The notes below the pieces were generated by a model. That model was not told the DNA's origin. It saw only the letters and a list, made by a program, of their open reading frames with translations, and did not search any database. A program made the translations under genes and the position numbers. From an uncultured Nitrospiraceae bacterium (GTDB lineage: Bacteria; Nitrospirota; Nitrospiria; Nitrospirales; Nitrospiraceae), in assembly GCA_963730935.1 (NCBI GenBank), contig CAVSTP010000004.1, positions 544,001 through 608,000 on the forward strand: a stretch of DNA of 64,000 nucleotides. The letters are read 5' to 3'. Below, in pieces: positions 1-8,875 of this stretch; the first letter of the stretch is position 1; each line of letters opens with the position of its first letter.

Positions 1-195
1 AGCATCGGCGGAACGGTATTCGATGTCAAAGTCAAGGAAATGAACCAGCAGGTCGTCTGGAGGGTCAAACTGATGAGATCAGACCAGCGAGTGAAGGTGT
101 ATGTCGATGCCGGTTCGGGCAAGATTATCGAAGCCAAGGCAGAACAGTTGCGGAGGATTAGCCCCGGGGTCCCGACGCTTGCGGTGTCGAAATAA
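1..195 (+). CDS. 3' end of a PepSY-domain protein (partial, runs off the window start)
   Basis: Frame 1 is open from base 1: SIGGTVFDVKVKE...VWRVKL...VKVYVDAGSGKII, a PepSY-like V.VDA.SG.I ending; TAA at 193-195. Not in the ORF track. Confidence 0.6.
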   Translation, partial: SIGGTVFDVKVKEMNQQVVWRVKLMRSDQRVKVYVDAGSGKIIEAKAEQLRRISPGVPTLAVSK

Positions 196-445
196 CACAC
201 ATCTCCTGCACCTCCATGTTGTCCTACCTTCCTTCACGCAATCAGACGATTTTCCAGATAACCAGCAGCTTAGGTCGCTAAGCCCTCTTCACAACCGCAC
301 TCCATTAGATCTCTCAGATCTCTGGGCCTACCTTACCCTAGTGTTTACCCACAGTTTGATGGGAATTTATCTGTCTGTAACCTTGATCGGCGAAGGTAGG
401 AGGGGAAGGAAAAGACTGGGTTGGGCACTAACCCACAGGAGGCCC

Positions 446-1465
446 ATGAGAATTGCCATTGTGACTGATGCATGGCATCCCCAAATCAACGGAGTCGTGC
501 GGACCCTGGGACACACCGGGCAGCACCTACAGAACTTAGGGCATGAAGTCCTGTTCATCACGCCAGAGAAGTTTCTCACCTATCCCTGCCCGACGTATCC
601 ATCGATTCGGCTCGCGGTCTTTCCGAAAAAGCGTGTTCGTGAAATGCTGCATGAATTTCGACCTCAGGCCGTTCATATCTCGACGGAGGGTCCTCTGGGG
701 CACGCGGCAAGAGCTCTCTGTCTCGAGCGATCATGGCCCTTCACCACGTCCTATCACACACAGTTTCCAGAATATATCCGCGCCAGATTTCCCATCCCGA
801 TCAAGTGGTCGTATGCCTACTTGCGTCGATACCATAGTCGTGCCGCCCGCACCATGGTCGCCACACGGTCGATGCAGCGATTACTGGAAGCACGCGGTTT
901 CAAGAAGCTAGAGATTTGGGCGAGAGGCGTCGATACAGGCATCTTTCAACCTGGTCCCAAATCGTTTTTGTCCAGACCGAGGCCTATCTCCATGTATATG
1001 GGACGGGTCGCAGTTGAGAAAAACATCGAGGCATTTCTCAATCTGGATGTGCCTGGTTCGAAATATGTGGTAGGGGACGGTCCTGACCTCGAACGACTTC
1101 GACGACAATTCTCTAACGTGACCTTTACCGGACAAAAACTCGGTCATGAATTGACAGCACGCCTTGCCGCCGCGGATGTGTTTGTGTTTCCCAGCTTAAC
1201 CGACACATTTGGCCTTGTTCTGCTCGAAGCGATGGCCTGTGGGGTCCCCGTTGCAGCGTATCCGGTGACCGGACCGGTCGATGTCGTGCAGAACGGCAAG
1301 ACAGGCGTGCTGGATCAGGACCTGCGCCAGGCAGTTCTTGGCGCCCTGAAACTCGACCCGGCGGATTGCACGGCCTACGCGAGACAGCACTCGTGGCGGC
1401 ATTGGACCGAACGATTCGTCTCGTTGTTAGAGCCGATCAAAGAAGACTGCTGGATATCGGCCTGA
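446..1465 (+). CDS. GT4 glycosyltransferase, Agt-like (probable diacylglycerol glycosyltransferase)
   Basis: AGGAGG RBS then ATG at 446; MRIAIVTDAWHPQINGVVRT N-terminus; GRVAVEKN and DTFGLVLLEAMACG GT4 motifs. Confidence 0.85.
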   Translation: MRIAIVTDAWHPQINGVVRTLGHTGQHLQNLGHEVLFITPEKFLTYPCPTYPSIRLAVFPKKRVREMLHEFRPQAVHISTEGPLGHAARALCLERSWPFTTSYHTQFPEYIRARFPIPIKWSYAYLRRYHSRAARTMVATRSMQRLLEARGFKKLEIWARGVDTGIFQPGPKSFLSRPRPISMYMGRVAVEKNIEAFLNLDVPGSKYVVGDGPDLERLRRQFSNVTFTGQKLGHELTARLAAADVFVFPSLTDTFGLVLLEAMACGVPVAAYPVTGPVDVVQNGKTGVLDQDLRQAVLGALKLDPADCTAYARQHSWRHWTERFVSLLEPIKEDCWISA

Positions 1466-1542
1466 AAAACTGTTCTTTTTAAACACTTCTAATGAAAACT
1501 TCAAGTAACCACCCCCCTAGTCCCGATTCCCTAAAAATTTTA

Positions 1543-1571
1543 TTGCACCCCGAATCAAATAGGAGTAGTCT
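1543..1571 (+). promoter_or_regulatory. Sigma70-like promoter
   Basis: TTGCAC-N17-TAGTCT with an AT-rich upstream tract, 40 nt before the ATG at 1612. Confidence 0.45.
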
Positions 1572-1611
1572 CCGTTCCCCCAGCAAAGCGAGTACATCAA
1601 CCTAGGAACGA

Positions 1612-1878
1612 ATGTCTGTGACCAAGCTGTACATTCTCCAGGAAATCACACGCACCACAAAAGCCAACGGCGGCACGCCACTGCGAAAACTGCAGTTTGA
1701 ATTGCAGACCGGAATCAAGAGGTATGACTGGTTTGGCGTGTATTGGGCTCGGTGGAGCGATGCCATTCGAGAAGCGATGTACATACAGGACCGTATTGAA
1801 GAGGTGATCACACCCCAGCATTCGAAGCCGCTCCGTTATGACCCCCCTCGCAACGCACCGATCGCCCGGCTTGCGTGA
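1612..1878 (+). pseudogene. Truncated N-terminal fragment resembling GIY-YIG nuclease-family proteins
   Basis: ILQEITRTTKANGGTPL...F..QTGI...DWFGVYWARWSDAIREA resembles the N-terminal repeat domain I recall in such proteins. The resemblance stops at about residue 55 and no catalytic domain follows. Confidence 0.45.
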
Positions 1879-2353
1879 GACAGCCCGACGAACAGAGGCT
1901 TCGTGGAATGACATGGACCCTCCCAAGAAGCCCAAACACTCCTTCAAGCGCCCAAGCAAGCGAAAGTCCAAGCTAGGTAACCAGGGCCCCCTTCCAGACG
2001 AAAAAAACCACTCCTTTCGTGGTGAAAAACGAAGCCGAGTCCGCGGGAGGTCAGGCGAGACACCTGAGAATTAGGCACGGACCTGCGAAGCAGGGGTTGT
2101 GGCGGTTATTCTCTACGGCCCGTCTTTCCTACGCTATCTGATCCAAAAACCGTTTTAAGCTCCAGCTCAAAGCCGAAACAGTACTTGGTATTTGGCCAGA
2201 TCCCTCGATCGCCAATACTTCGTGCTCTCAATCGCGACGTTCACGTTGGGCGTATTTATCGGCTGGAATTGGTGTACTTCGAGAATGGGCAAGGAGCCGT
2301 TCATAGATCACAGCTCTCTTTCGCACCTGCTGCAACCAGCAGGCTCCATATGG

Positions 2354-4657
2354 TCATGAGTGCTTCTGACTCATGGCGTACGGCGGGAGGAATGCCCGCC
2401 AGGCGCTGGTCGAACGAGGGAGATAGGCCAGGATATCTGTAAACGGATCAGTGATTAATTTGACAAACCAGATCATCGAGACCCGGAAATCGTGAAGCCA
2501 GGCCAGGTAGATTACGCGGCCGAACACTACGACGAGGGTCAACCCCCACCACTGTTGCGCGATGGCCGGGAACGTGTCGACGAAGGCCGCGATGGTCCAG
2601 CTGCCGGCCAAGAACATGTTCACGATCGGGATCAATGCATAGGCCGATATGATCATCGTCTTACTCGGAGTATTGAATCCAAGCAATAATTCTTCCTTGT
2701 CATGACAGGGAGGTTCGACCAATGCGTGACCGAACTGTCGTACAAACAACGCAGCGAGGCTGGCGGAAACGGCGGTCGTGAGGTCGGCAAAGATCAGGAA
2801 ATAGCAATAGATGAACACGCTCGAACTCAGAAGATGAAACAGTTGATTGAGCGGATGGCTGTGAGACGCAACATGATCATCATGTTTGCGACGCATGACT
2901 TCCGTATAGAACGTTCGAAGCGGTTTCGGCACCTGGACGATGCTGCTGATCATTTCCCACGTCAGTCGTGACTTCATCGCCTTCCTCCGGATTGGTTCCT
3001 CAACTCCTTCAAGCCACCAGCCGTCCTGCTTCATGCGTAAGGCGGCTGTCACGATCTTGCCCTTCAATTCATCGTAGTCCTGCTGAGTGAAGGCCATGTT
3101 GCTGAGACAGCGACCGGTGCCGACCCAACTGAGCATCACACCTTCGGCGCGTAGATAATATTGCAACAGCCAGTTATAGCGCCCTGGTTGCTGGAACAGG
3201 ATCGTCCAAACCGTCGCCAGGTTCACCACGCGCAGAGGCAGGGCATCCTCTGCAAAGGCGCGATTGACTGACAGCGCCCATTCAGTACATCGCTGATTCG
3301 CGTCTTCATAGAGTTGCCACGTCTGTGGGGGGGACGCCCATCGTAAGAACTCGTTCATCGCGCCCATGACTGCAGGGTGCGCGGAGAAGGTTCCAATAAC
3401 ATAGGCGAGCCGCATGGGGTGATCCGGATCGAAACGACGCATCAGATCCTTCCTACCGCAGACGACACCGATAGGCATGCCTCCGCCAACCGTCTTCCCG
3501 TACACCACCAGATCGGCCTGCACACCGAAACTTTCCTGTGCGCCTCCGGCCGCGAGCCGGAAGCCGCTGTAGACCTCGTCAAAAATCAGCGGAATATCAC
3601 AGGCAGTGCAGACATCGCGCAGTTTCTTCAGCCATTGGGCGTAAGGAGCATGGGCCTCTTGCGTCTTCCTCACGCTGCTCGTCAGAAGAATGGCATCGCT
3701 CGGCGGCGGCGAATTAGGGTGGAAGGATTGAATCGGATTGACCACAACACCGGCAATGTCGTGCTTCATCCTCTTGATGGCGTCCAAGGAGGCCGGGTTC
3801 ATGTCCTTCAGGGTCAGACAGTCGTGGATCTCCCGCTCGCTCCCCAAACCCGGCTGGACACCGTCCCACCAGCCGTGATACGCGCCTGCAAAGCACACGA
3901 TCGTCTTACGCCGGGTATTGAATCGCGCGAGCCTGATCGCGGCCATGACGGCTTCGGTCCCGCTCATATGAAAGGAGACCTCGTCCAATTTGGAGATCGT
4001 CTTGAGCATGACAATGTTCTCAGCGACGATCGGATGCAGCGGTCCCAGCACAGGTCCAAGCTCCTTCACACGTTCCCAGCCTTTTTGCATCCACTCTTTG
4101 TATTGGTCGTAGCCCGCGACATTGACGCCGTAGGATCCGGTCACATCGAGGGACCAGCGGCCGTCAATATCGAGCAGTTTCGGACCTTTGGAAGCCGTGA
4201 CGATCGAGCAGAGATTGAACTTTTCCCGCATAACGCGCGCAAACGGAAATGGCACTCGTCCGGCATCTGTGAACCGCAGATCCGACAGGCCCTCTCGAAA
4301 CTCGTTGGCCCAAGAGACCGACCGCGGGTACTGATCCTGAAAAAAGTTGGCCAGCCGGTCGAGAGCCTGTTGTCGCCGCATGACGATGGCCTCGTCGGCA
4401 CCGTCGGCTCGAAAAAACTCCTGCCCTAGGTAATCGTTGGTTTTGACCCACTGTGAAAGCCTCCGGGACAAGGCCGGCGTACAGGACCTGGCCTTCAACA
4501 TCAACAGCGCGCGCCGAAGTCGCCGAGCATAGAAGAGTCCCAGAGCGCCAAGCCCACAGAGAGAAATCAGAATGCCGACGTCAAACACTTCAATCGCGCA
4601 TGTACTTCCCAGACCTAACCCACATTCAGTCCATCGATGGATGATGTTGTCGACCAT
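2354..4657 (-). CDS. Class-III PLP aminotransferase (GSA-aminomutase-like) with an N-terminal TM anchor and a C-terminal multi-TM His-containing (DUF962/Mpo1-like) domain
   Basis: AAGGAGG RBS; motifs SGTEAVMAAIRLAR, GAYHG, LIFDEVYSGFR, YGKTVGGGMPIG (PLP lysine), GTFSAHP; C-terminal about 180 aa hydrophobic, with HSHPLNQLFHLL and RQFGHALVE. Confidence 0.85.
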   Translation of the reverse strand: MVDNIIHRWTECGLGLGSTCAIEVFDVGILISLCGLGALGLFYARRLRRALLMLKARSCTPALSRRLSQWVKTNDYLGQEFFRADGADEAIVMRRQQALDRLANFFQDQYPRSVSWANEFREGLSDLRFTDAGRVPFPFARVMREKFNLCSIVTASKGPKLLDIDGRWSLDVTGSYGVNVAGYDQYKEWMQKGWERVKELGPVLGPLHPIVAENIVMLKTISKLDEVSFHMSGTEAVMAAIRLARFNTRRKTIVCFAGAYHGWWDGVQPGLGSEREIHDCLTLKDMNPASLDAIKRMKHDIAGVVVNPIQSFHPNSPPPSDAILLTSSVRKTQEAHAPYAQWLKKLRDVCTACDIPLIFDEVYSGFRLAAGGAQESFGVQADLVVYGKTVGGGMPIGVVCGRKDLMRRFDPDHPMRLAYVIGTFSAHPAVMGAMNEFLRWASPPQTWQLYEDANQRCTEWALSVNRAFAEDALPLRVVNLATVWTILFQQPGRYNWLLQYYLRAEGVMLSWVGTGRCLSNMAFTQQDYDELKGKIVTAALRMKQDGWWLEGVEEPIRRKAMKSRLTWEMISSIVQVPKPLRTFYTEVMRRKHDDHVASHSHPLNQLFHLLSSSVFIYCYFLIFADLTTAVSASLAALFVRQFGHALVEPPCHDKEELLLGFNTPSKTMIISAYALIPIVNMFLAGSWTIAAFVDTFPAIAQQWWGLTLVVVFGRVIYLAWLHDFRVSMIWFVKLITDPFTDILAYLPRSTSAWRAFLPPYAMSQKHS

Positions 4658-4689
4658 ACGCCTCCTTCATTTCGCACATCTTCGTCGTG

Positions 4690-5526
4690 TCATGCCACAA
4701 TAAGGTCGTCGTCGGGGTACAATGTCAGTCGCTCGGGTTTCATAGTCCGAGTCCGTTTCAGACTCGCGACCGTATCGGCCCATCGAAGCAATTCCAGGCT
4801 GCCATCGTGGTGCTCGACGAGAGCGCTGCAGCTTTCCACCCAATCCCCGCAGTTACAATAGATGATGTTGTTCAGTTTTGTAATTTCCGGGCGATGAATG
4901 TGACCGCACACGACCCCGTCGACACCCAAACGCGCGGTCTCATAGGCCACCGCCTGCTCGAAGTTGCTGATGAACTGAACGGCATTTTTGACTTTATGTT
5001 TGAGAAACCCAGCCAGCGACCAATAGGGGAGATTACATCTGCGTCGTACTCCGTGGACGACATAATTGGCCTTGAGCAGCCAGTCGTACAGTCGGGTCCC
5101 CAGCAGTGCGAGCGCCCTAGAGCACCGCACCACGCTATCGAACTTGTCTCCGTGGATGACCAGTAAGCGTCTCCCATCTGCGTTTGTATGGATCGCTTCC
5201 TCGGTGATATGGACGTTCCCGAAGGTCATGTCGTGAAAATCACGGAGCAATTCATCATGATTCCCAGGGACATACACCACCTTCGTGCCGTGCTTCGCCT
5301 TGCCCAGAATCGTCCTCACCACATTATTGTGCGATTGCGGCCAATACATCCTTTTTTTCATCTCCCAGATGTCGATGATGTCGCCAACCAAGTACAAAAA
5401 TTCGCACTCGATGGAGTGAAGGAAGTCCAGAAGGTGATCCGCACTGCAGCCGCGGAAGCCCAAATGAATATCGGAAATCCAGACCGTCCTAAACGATAAT
5501 GGACGTGGTCCGGTGGGTTTATTCAC
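4690..5526 (-). CDS. Calcineurin-like metallophosphoesterase, LpxH-like family, PlcP-type phospholipase C candidate
   Basis: Motifs ISDIHLG, VGDIID, PGNHD, IHGD, GHIH, NCGDWVES. GNHD rather than the GNRD of E. coli LpxH. Confidence 0.85.
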   Translation of the reverse strand: MNKPTGPRPLSFRTVWISDIHLGFRGCSADHLLDFLHSIECEFLYLVGDIIDIWEMKKRMYWPQSHNNVVRTILGKAKHGTKVVYVPGNHDELLRDFHDMTFGNVHITEEAIHTNADGRRLLVIHGDKFDSVVRCSRALALLGTRLYDWLLKANYVVHGVRRRCNLPYWSLAGFLKHKVKNAVQFISNFEQAVAYETARLGVDGVVCGHIHRPEITKLNNIIYCNCGDWVESCSALVEHHDGSLELLRWADTVASLKRTRTMKPERLTLYPDDDLIVA

Positions 5527-5577
5527 CCGCGCCTTCTCTTTTCTAATGGTGGTGTTCTATCTCTCATCATGCATACA

Positions 5578-5654
5578 AGGTTATCGTGGCGATGTTTCGA
5601 AATGATGACAATGGCGCCAAATGTGTGTGAAGTCTCGGCGTCTATTGTGTTACG
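5578..5654 (-). promoter_or_regulatory. Putative Pho-box array and -10 for the plcP-aminotransferase operon
   Basis: Minus-strand hexamers in 11-bp phase: CGTAAC(5654), CTTCAC(5632), TGTCAT(5610), CGAAAC(5599); then 10 nt and TAACCT. Confidence 0.45.
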
Positions 5655-5840
5655 CGCGAAACGCGGCTGTAACACTGGTCACGAAGAAGGTCGTATTTCA
5701 GCTCCAAGTATCACAAACTTGTCGAGTTAACACAGATCTCATCGACACGAGACTGTCTTGTAACCTGAAGCGCTCCAGATGGGTCACTACATGCACATGC
5801 GCCGTTCAGATACGCGTTCGGATGCTAGAGCCTTGGAGGC

Positions 5841-6545
5841 ATGGTGACAACAAGGACGCTCGTTCTCCTTCCTGGACTTGACGGGACAGAGGTTTTCTTC
5901 AGACCTCTGCTTACCTCCCTGCCGCACTGGATTCAGCCCAGAGTGGTGTGTTTTCCTTCCGGCGGCAGCAACTATGCGGACCTGCTCGCAATCGTGCGAG
6001 AAGCGCTATCAGACTATCCAAGCTTCTACGTGCTAGGGTCGTCGTTTGCCGGACCGCTGGCGCTCATGCTGGCGGAGGCAGAACCTGAGAAGGTAAAGGG
6101 CGTCATCCTGGCCACCACGTTCGTGAGTCCGCCGCGAAAACTCTACGAGCGGCTGCGGTTTACCGCCGTGATGCCGGGCATCTGGATGTGGCGCGCTTGT
6201 CGTCGTATTCCGACGTGGCTTCTACGAAGTCGGACTGATCAGCTTCGGCTCGATAAGTCGGAAACTTGGCGACGTGTGAGTTCCCGCGTCGTGGCGGCCC
6301 GCATTAGGACCCTGCTCAAGGTGAATGCACGAGAGTTATTGCGCGACTGCCCTCATCCGGTATTATGCCTCGCCGGCTGTAAGGACAGTGTCGTCCCTCG
6401 ACGCAACGTTGAGGAGATCGTGAGCGTACGACCGTCAGTTCAGGTTCGAATGATCGAGGGACAACACTTCGCGCTGTACACGAATCCAACCGCCTCCGCT
6501 GAGGCCATCGCTGAATTCATCCGAATGAAGGAGCAGATTGAATAG
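5841..6545 (+). CDS. Alpha/beta-fold hydrolase
   Basis: LVLLPGLDG oxyanion region, GSSFAG nucleophile elbow, D in KDSVV, H in GQHF; GGAGG RBS. Confidence 0.8.
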   Translation: MVTTRTLVLLPGLDGTEVFFRPLLTSLPHWIQPRVVCFPSGGSNYADLLAIVREALSDYPSFYVLGSSFAGPLALMLAEAEPEKVKGVILATTFVSPPRKLYERLRFTAVMPGIWMWRACRRIPTWLLRSRTDQLRLDKSETWRRVSSRVVAARIRTLLKVNARELLRDCPHPVLCLAGCKDSVVPRRNVEEIVSVRPSVQVRMIEGQHFALYTNPTASAEAIAEFIRMKEQIE

Positions 6546-7278
6546 AATCGCATTGGTGTTGGGGAGTGTGCTTGCACTCGATATGCTCTTTGGAAGCCGT
6601 CTGCTCTTCGCCCAACGCGAGGAAATGCCGGCCGGGTATCCTCAATCACTGGAACCCGCTCTGCAGAAGCTCCTCGGTCGCATACAGCAAGGCGATCCTT
6701 CATCAGACTTATTGATTCAGCTGTCCTCCACCTACTTCGATATTGCTGACGACCTGCTCACAGAGCAAGCACAACGGATGGCCGCTTATCAGGCAGGGGC
6801 GAAGGCCGCAAAGCAAGCATTTGAGATGGACGATTCCGATCCGGACGCGCATTTTTTCTACGCCGCCAACCTCGGCAGTTCCGAACGGCTCAAAGGTCTT
6901 ACCAACGCGGCGATGGTTGTCAAAGACATCAAACACTGTGCGATGCGCGCCATTGAACTCAACCCGAAACACGCCCAAGCCTTGCAAATGATGGGCGGCT
7001 TGCTGATGGAGCTTCCGTGGTTTCTTGGTGGAGATGAAAAGAAGGTTCAAGAATATCTAGAACGGGCCATCGCCGCCGATGGGAACTTTACGAACGCACG
7101 CCTGCTCGTTGCGAAGCTATACACTAAACAGGGGAGGGCCGACGACGCAAAACGTCAGCTGGAGGCCGTACTTCACGCCGAGAAGCTCCATTACCGCTAT
7201 GCCTGGGAGCGGACCTATAAACCAGAGGCGGAACGGCTGCTGAAGACTCTGGACAAATCCCGTCCCGCCGCGCCCTAA
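6538..7278 (+). CDS. Exported TPR-repeat protein
   Basis: N-terminal signal-like segment; helical repeats (DPDAHFFYA, AIELNPKHAQAL, YLERAIAAD, ARLLVAKLY); overlaps the hydrolase stop. Confidence 0.7.
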   Translation: MNRIALVLGSVLALDMLFGSRLLFAQREEMPAGYPQSLEPALQKLLGRIQQGDPSSDLLIQLSSTYFDIADDLLTEQAQRMAAYQAGAKAAKQAFEMDDSDPDAHFFYAANLGSSERLKGLTNAAMVVKDIKHCAMRAIELNPKHAQALQMMGGLLMELPWFLGGDEKKVQEYLERAIAADGNFTNARLLVAKLYTKQGRADDAKRQLEAVLHAEKLHYRYAWERTYKPEAERLLKTLDKSRPAAP

Positions 7279-7375
7279 CGATGTGACCGGTCCCCTAGCG
7301 TTGCACCTGTGTACCTCACCCGCATTACCAACGCTCCAGTTTTGGCTTAAGATCATCTGACATGACATGACGAGA

Positions 7376-8491
7376 TTAATGGCTCGCCCACGGCATGAAC
7401 GATACGGCAATCGAGATGGTAATCAACACAATAATAATCCACTCCAGAAGCTCCATGCGGCGCGTGCCTGCGCGATCCGACATTTTGCCATAAATGCTTT
7501 CCAGCGTTTCCAACTTGCGCAGAATGCTCGCATCCCAATCTTCCAGGTGGAACCGTTGAGACACCAGGCGGTAGACGCGGGCCAGATATTGATCTCCCAA
7601 CAGCTTCAGGGTGTTCGTGACCCGCTCAAAGAGCAGCGCGCCATCAACCTGAAGTTGTGCGATGTGAGTCGTATGCTTGTCATAGCTCCCTGGGAGCGAC
7701 AACAGACGCGGCGTTCTCGTCAGCGCCTCGTATCCCTGATCCAACGCCTGATCCAGTTGTTCATCGAGCATCCGCATCTCAAGCAATTCAACGTTGGCGA
7801 ACTCCAGTACAGCTCGCACATCATCCATTTCTTTTCCGAACAGCACGGCTGCATGCCAGTCGATCAGCGCCGCATCTTCCAGGCCGAAAGAAATGCGGCA
7901 GGACAGTGCATCATGAATTTCTTGTTCCGAGAGGGGCGTGCGCTCGCCGCGTAGGATGCTGGCCAGTGCCTCCTCCCGGCTGGTCCATAGGGGGGAGGCC
8001 TGCGCCGGCACACAGGATTCGATGGAAAAAATCAGATAGTCCTCGACTTCGGCTGCAATCTTCGGCCGCTCAATGGCTGTATGAATGGCGTGTACGAGTT
8101 GCTCTACGCGCGAGCGGGATTCCGACAAGAGAAGTTCATGTTCATAGAGCGACTCGCTTAATTCCCGCAGACCGTCGAGAGGTCCATCCAGCGTAAAACG
8201 ATAGGTAATGGTCACCGCGCCAAAGTCATACACCATGACCTCGACGGTGGGACTTGAGGTGTACGCGCCGACGGTCAGGGAACCGCCCTCCTGCATCAAT
8301 CGAAGCGGCGCAGGGCGATATTCGAAATACTGTGGTGCTCTGGCCTTATGCCTGAGGCGGCTGCGTTCAGTCTCGGCTGAAATGTGTCGACCAGCCTGCT
8401 CGAGATTGATGGACGAGCCGATGTCGTATGCGAACATCGCATAGCAGGTCCCTTTATTGATCGTGATGGGGGAGGCTTGTTGGACGGACAT
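7376..8491 (-). CDS. Conserved hypothetical protein, RMD1/DUF155-like, with a C-terminal TM helix
   Basis: Long ORF; LGDQYLARVY...RFHLEDW...LRKLETL and ELLEWIIIVLI C-terminus; start placed at ATG 8491 after a purine-rich RBS. Confidence 0.65.
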   Translation of the reverse strand: MSVQQASPITINKGTCYAMFAYDIGSSINLEQAGRHISAETERSRLRHKARAPQYFEYRPAPLRLMQEGGSLTVGAYTSSPTVEVMVYDFGAVTITYRFTLDGPLDGLRELSESLYEHELLLSESRSRVEQLVHAIHTAIERPKIAAEVEDYLIFSIESCVPAQASPLWTSREEALASILRGERTPLSEQEIHDALSCRISFGLEDAALIDWHAAVLFGKEMDDVRAVLEFANVELLEMRMLDEQLDQALDQGYEALTRTPRLLSLPGSYDKHTTHIAQLQVDGALLFERVTNTLKLLGDQYLARVYRLVSQRFHLEDWDASILRKLETLESIYGKMSDRAGTRRMELLEWIIIVLITISIAVSFMPWASH

Positions 8492-8875
8492 GCGTGTTTC
8501 CTTCTTTAGTGCTCTTACTATATCAAGAAGTAGATTCGGATCTTCCGCAAACATTCCCTATTGGGATGAAAGCGTTGTCGACTGGGGAATGCGCGCGTTT
8601 CAATTTCTGCCCAATATCGGCAACAGCTATGTGTAAGTGAAATCGAAGTAAAATGAGCTCTCTGCCTGGCAGATTAGAGGGTGCAAAGCCTTGTGACTGC
8701 ACGTTTAGGCCAAGAGTGCTTTGAGCGAGAGGACTGTGGACGAGTCCTCCACTCGCGGGCCAGACGCTCAGCAGGGTCTCGGCGCACTGCTAACGCACAC
8801 ACGACGCCGATTAGTGGATCGTGTGGCGTTGCGTAAAGAAACAAACGTTTTGTCGAGGAGTGGAGAACGGAGACA

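Noticed and set aside
343..397. Possible Pho-type array before the GT4 gene (GTTTAC, GTTTGA, ATTTAT, TGTAAC in 11-bp phase)
   Set aside because: Only one strong hexamer, and the -10 position reads GAAGGT; too weak to list as a feature.
101..445. 115-aa N-terminal extension of the glycosyltransferase in the ORF track
   Set aside because: It overlaps the PepSY gene end and is not protein-like; the RBS and family N-terminus are at 446.
3377..4429. 350-aa antisense ORF (likewise 24519-25847, 30849-31949, 34690-35625, 56840-57934)
   Set aside because: Shadow ORFs opposite well-supported genes, expected in GC-rich DNA; no recognisable motifs.
2354..4657. Calling the aminotransferase hemL
   Set aside because: Extra TM domains, its length and a lipid/Pho context argue against a tetrapyrrole role.
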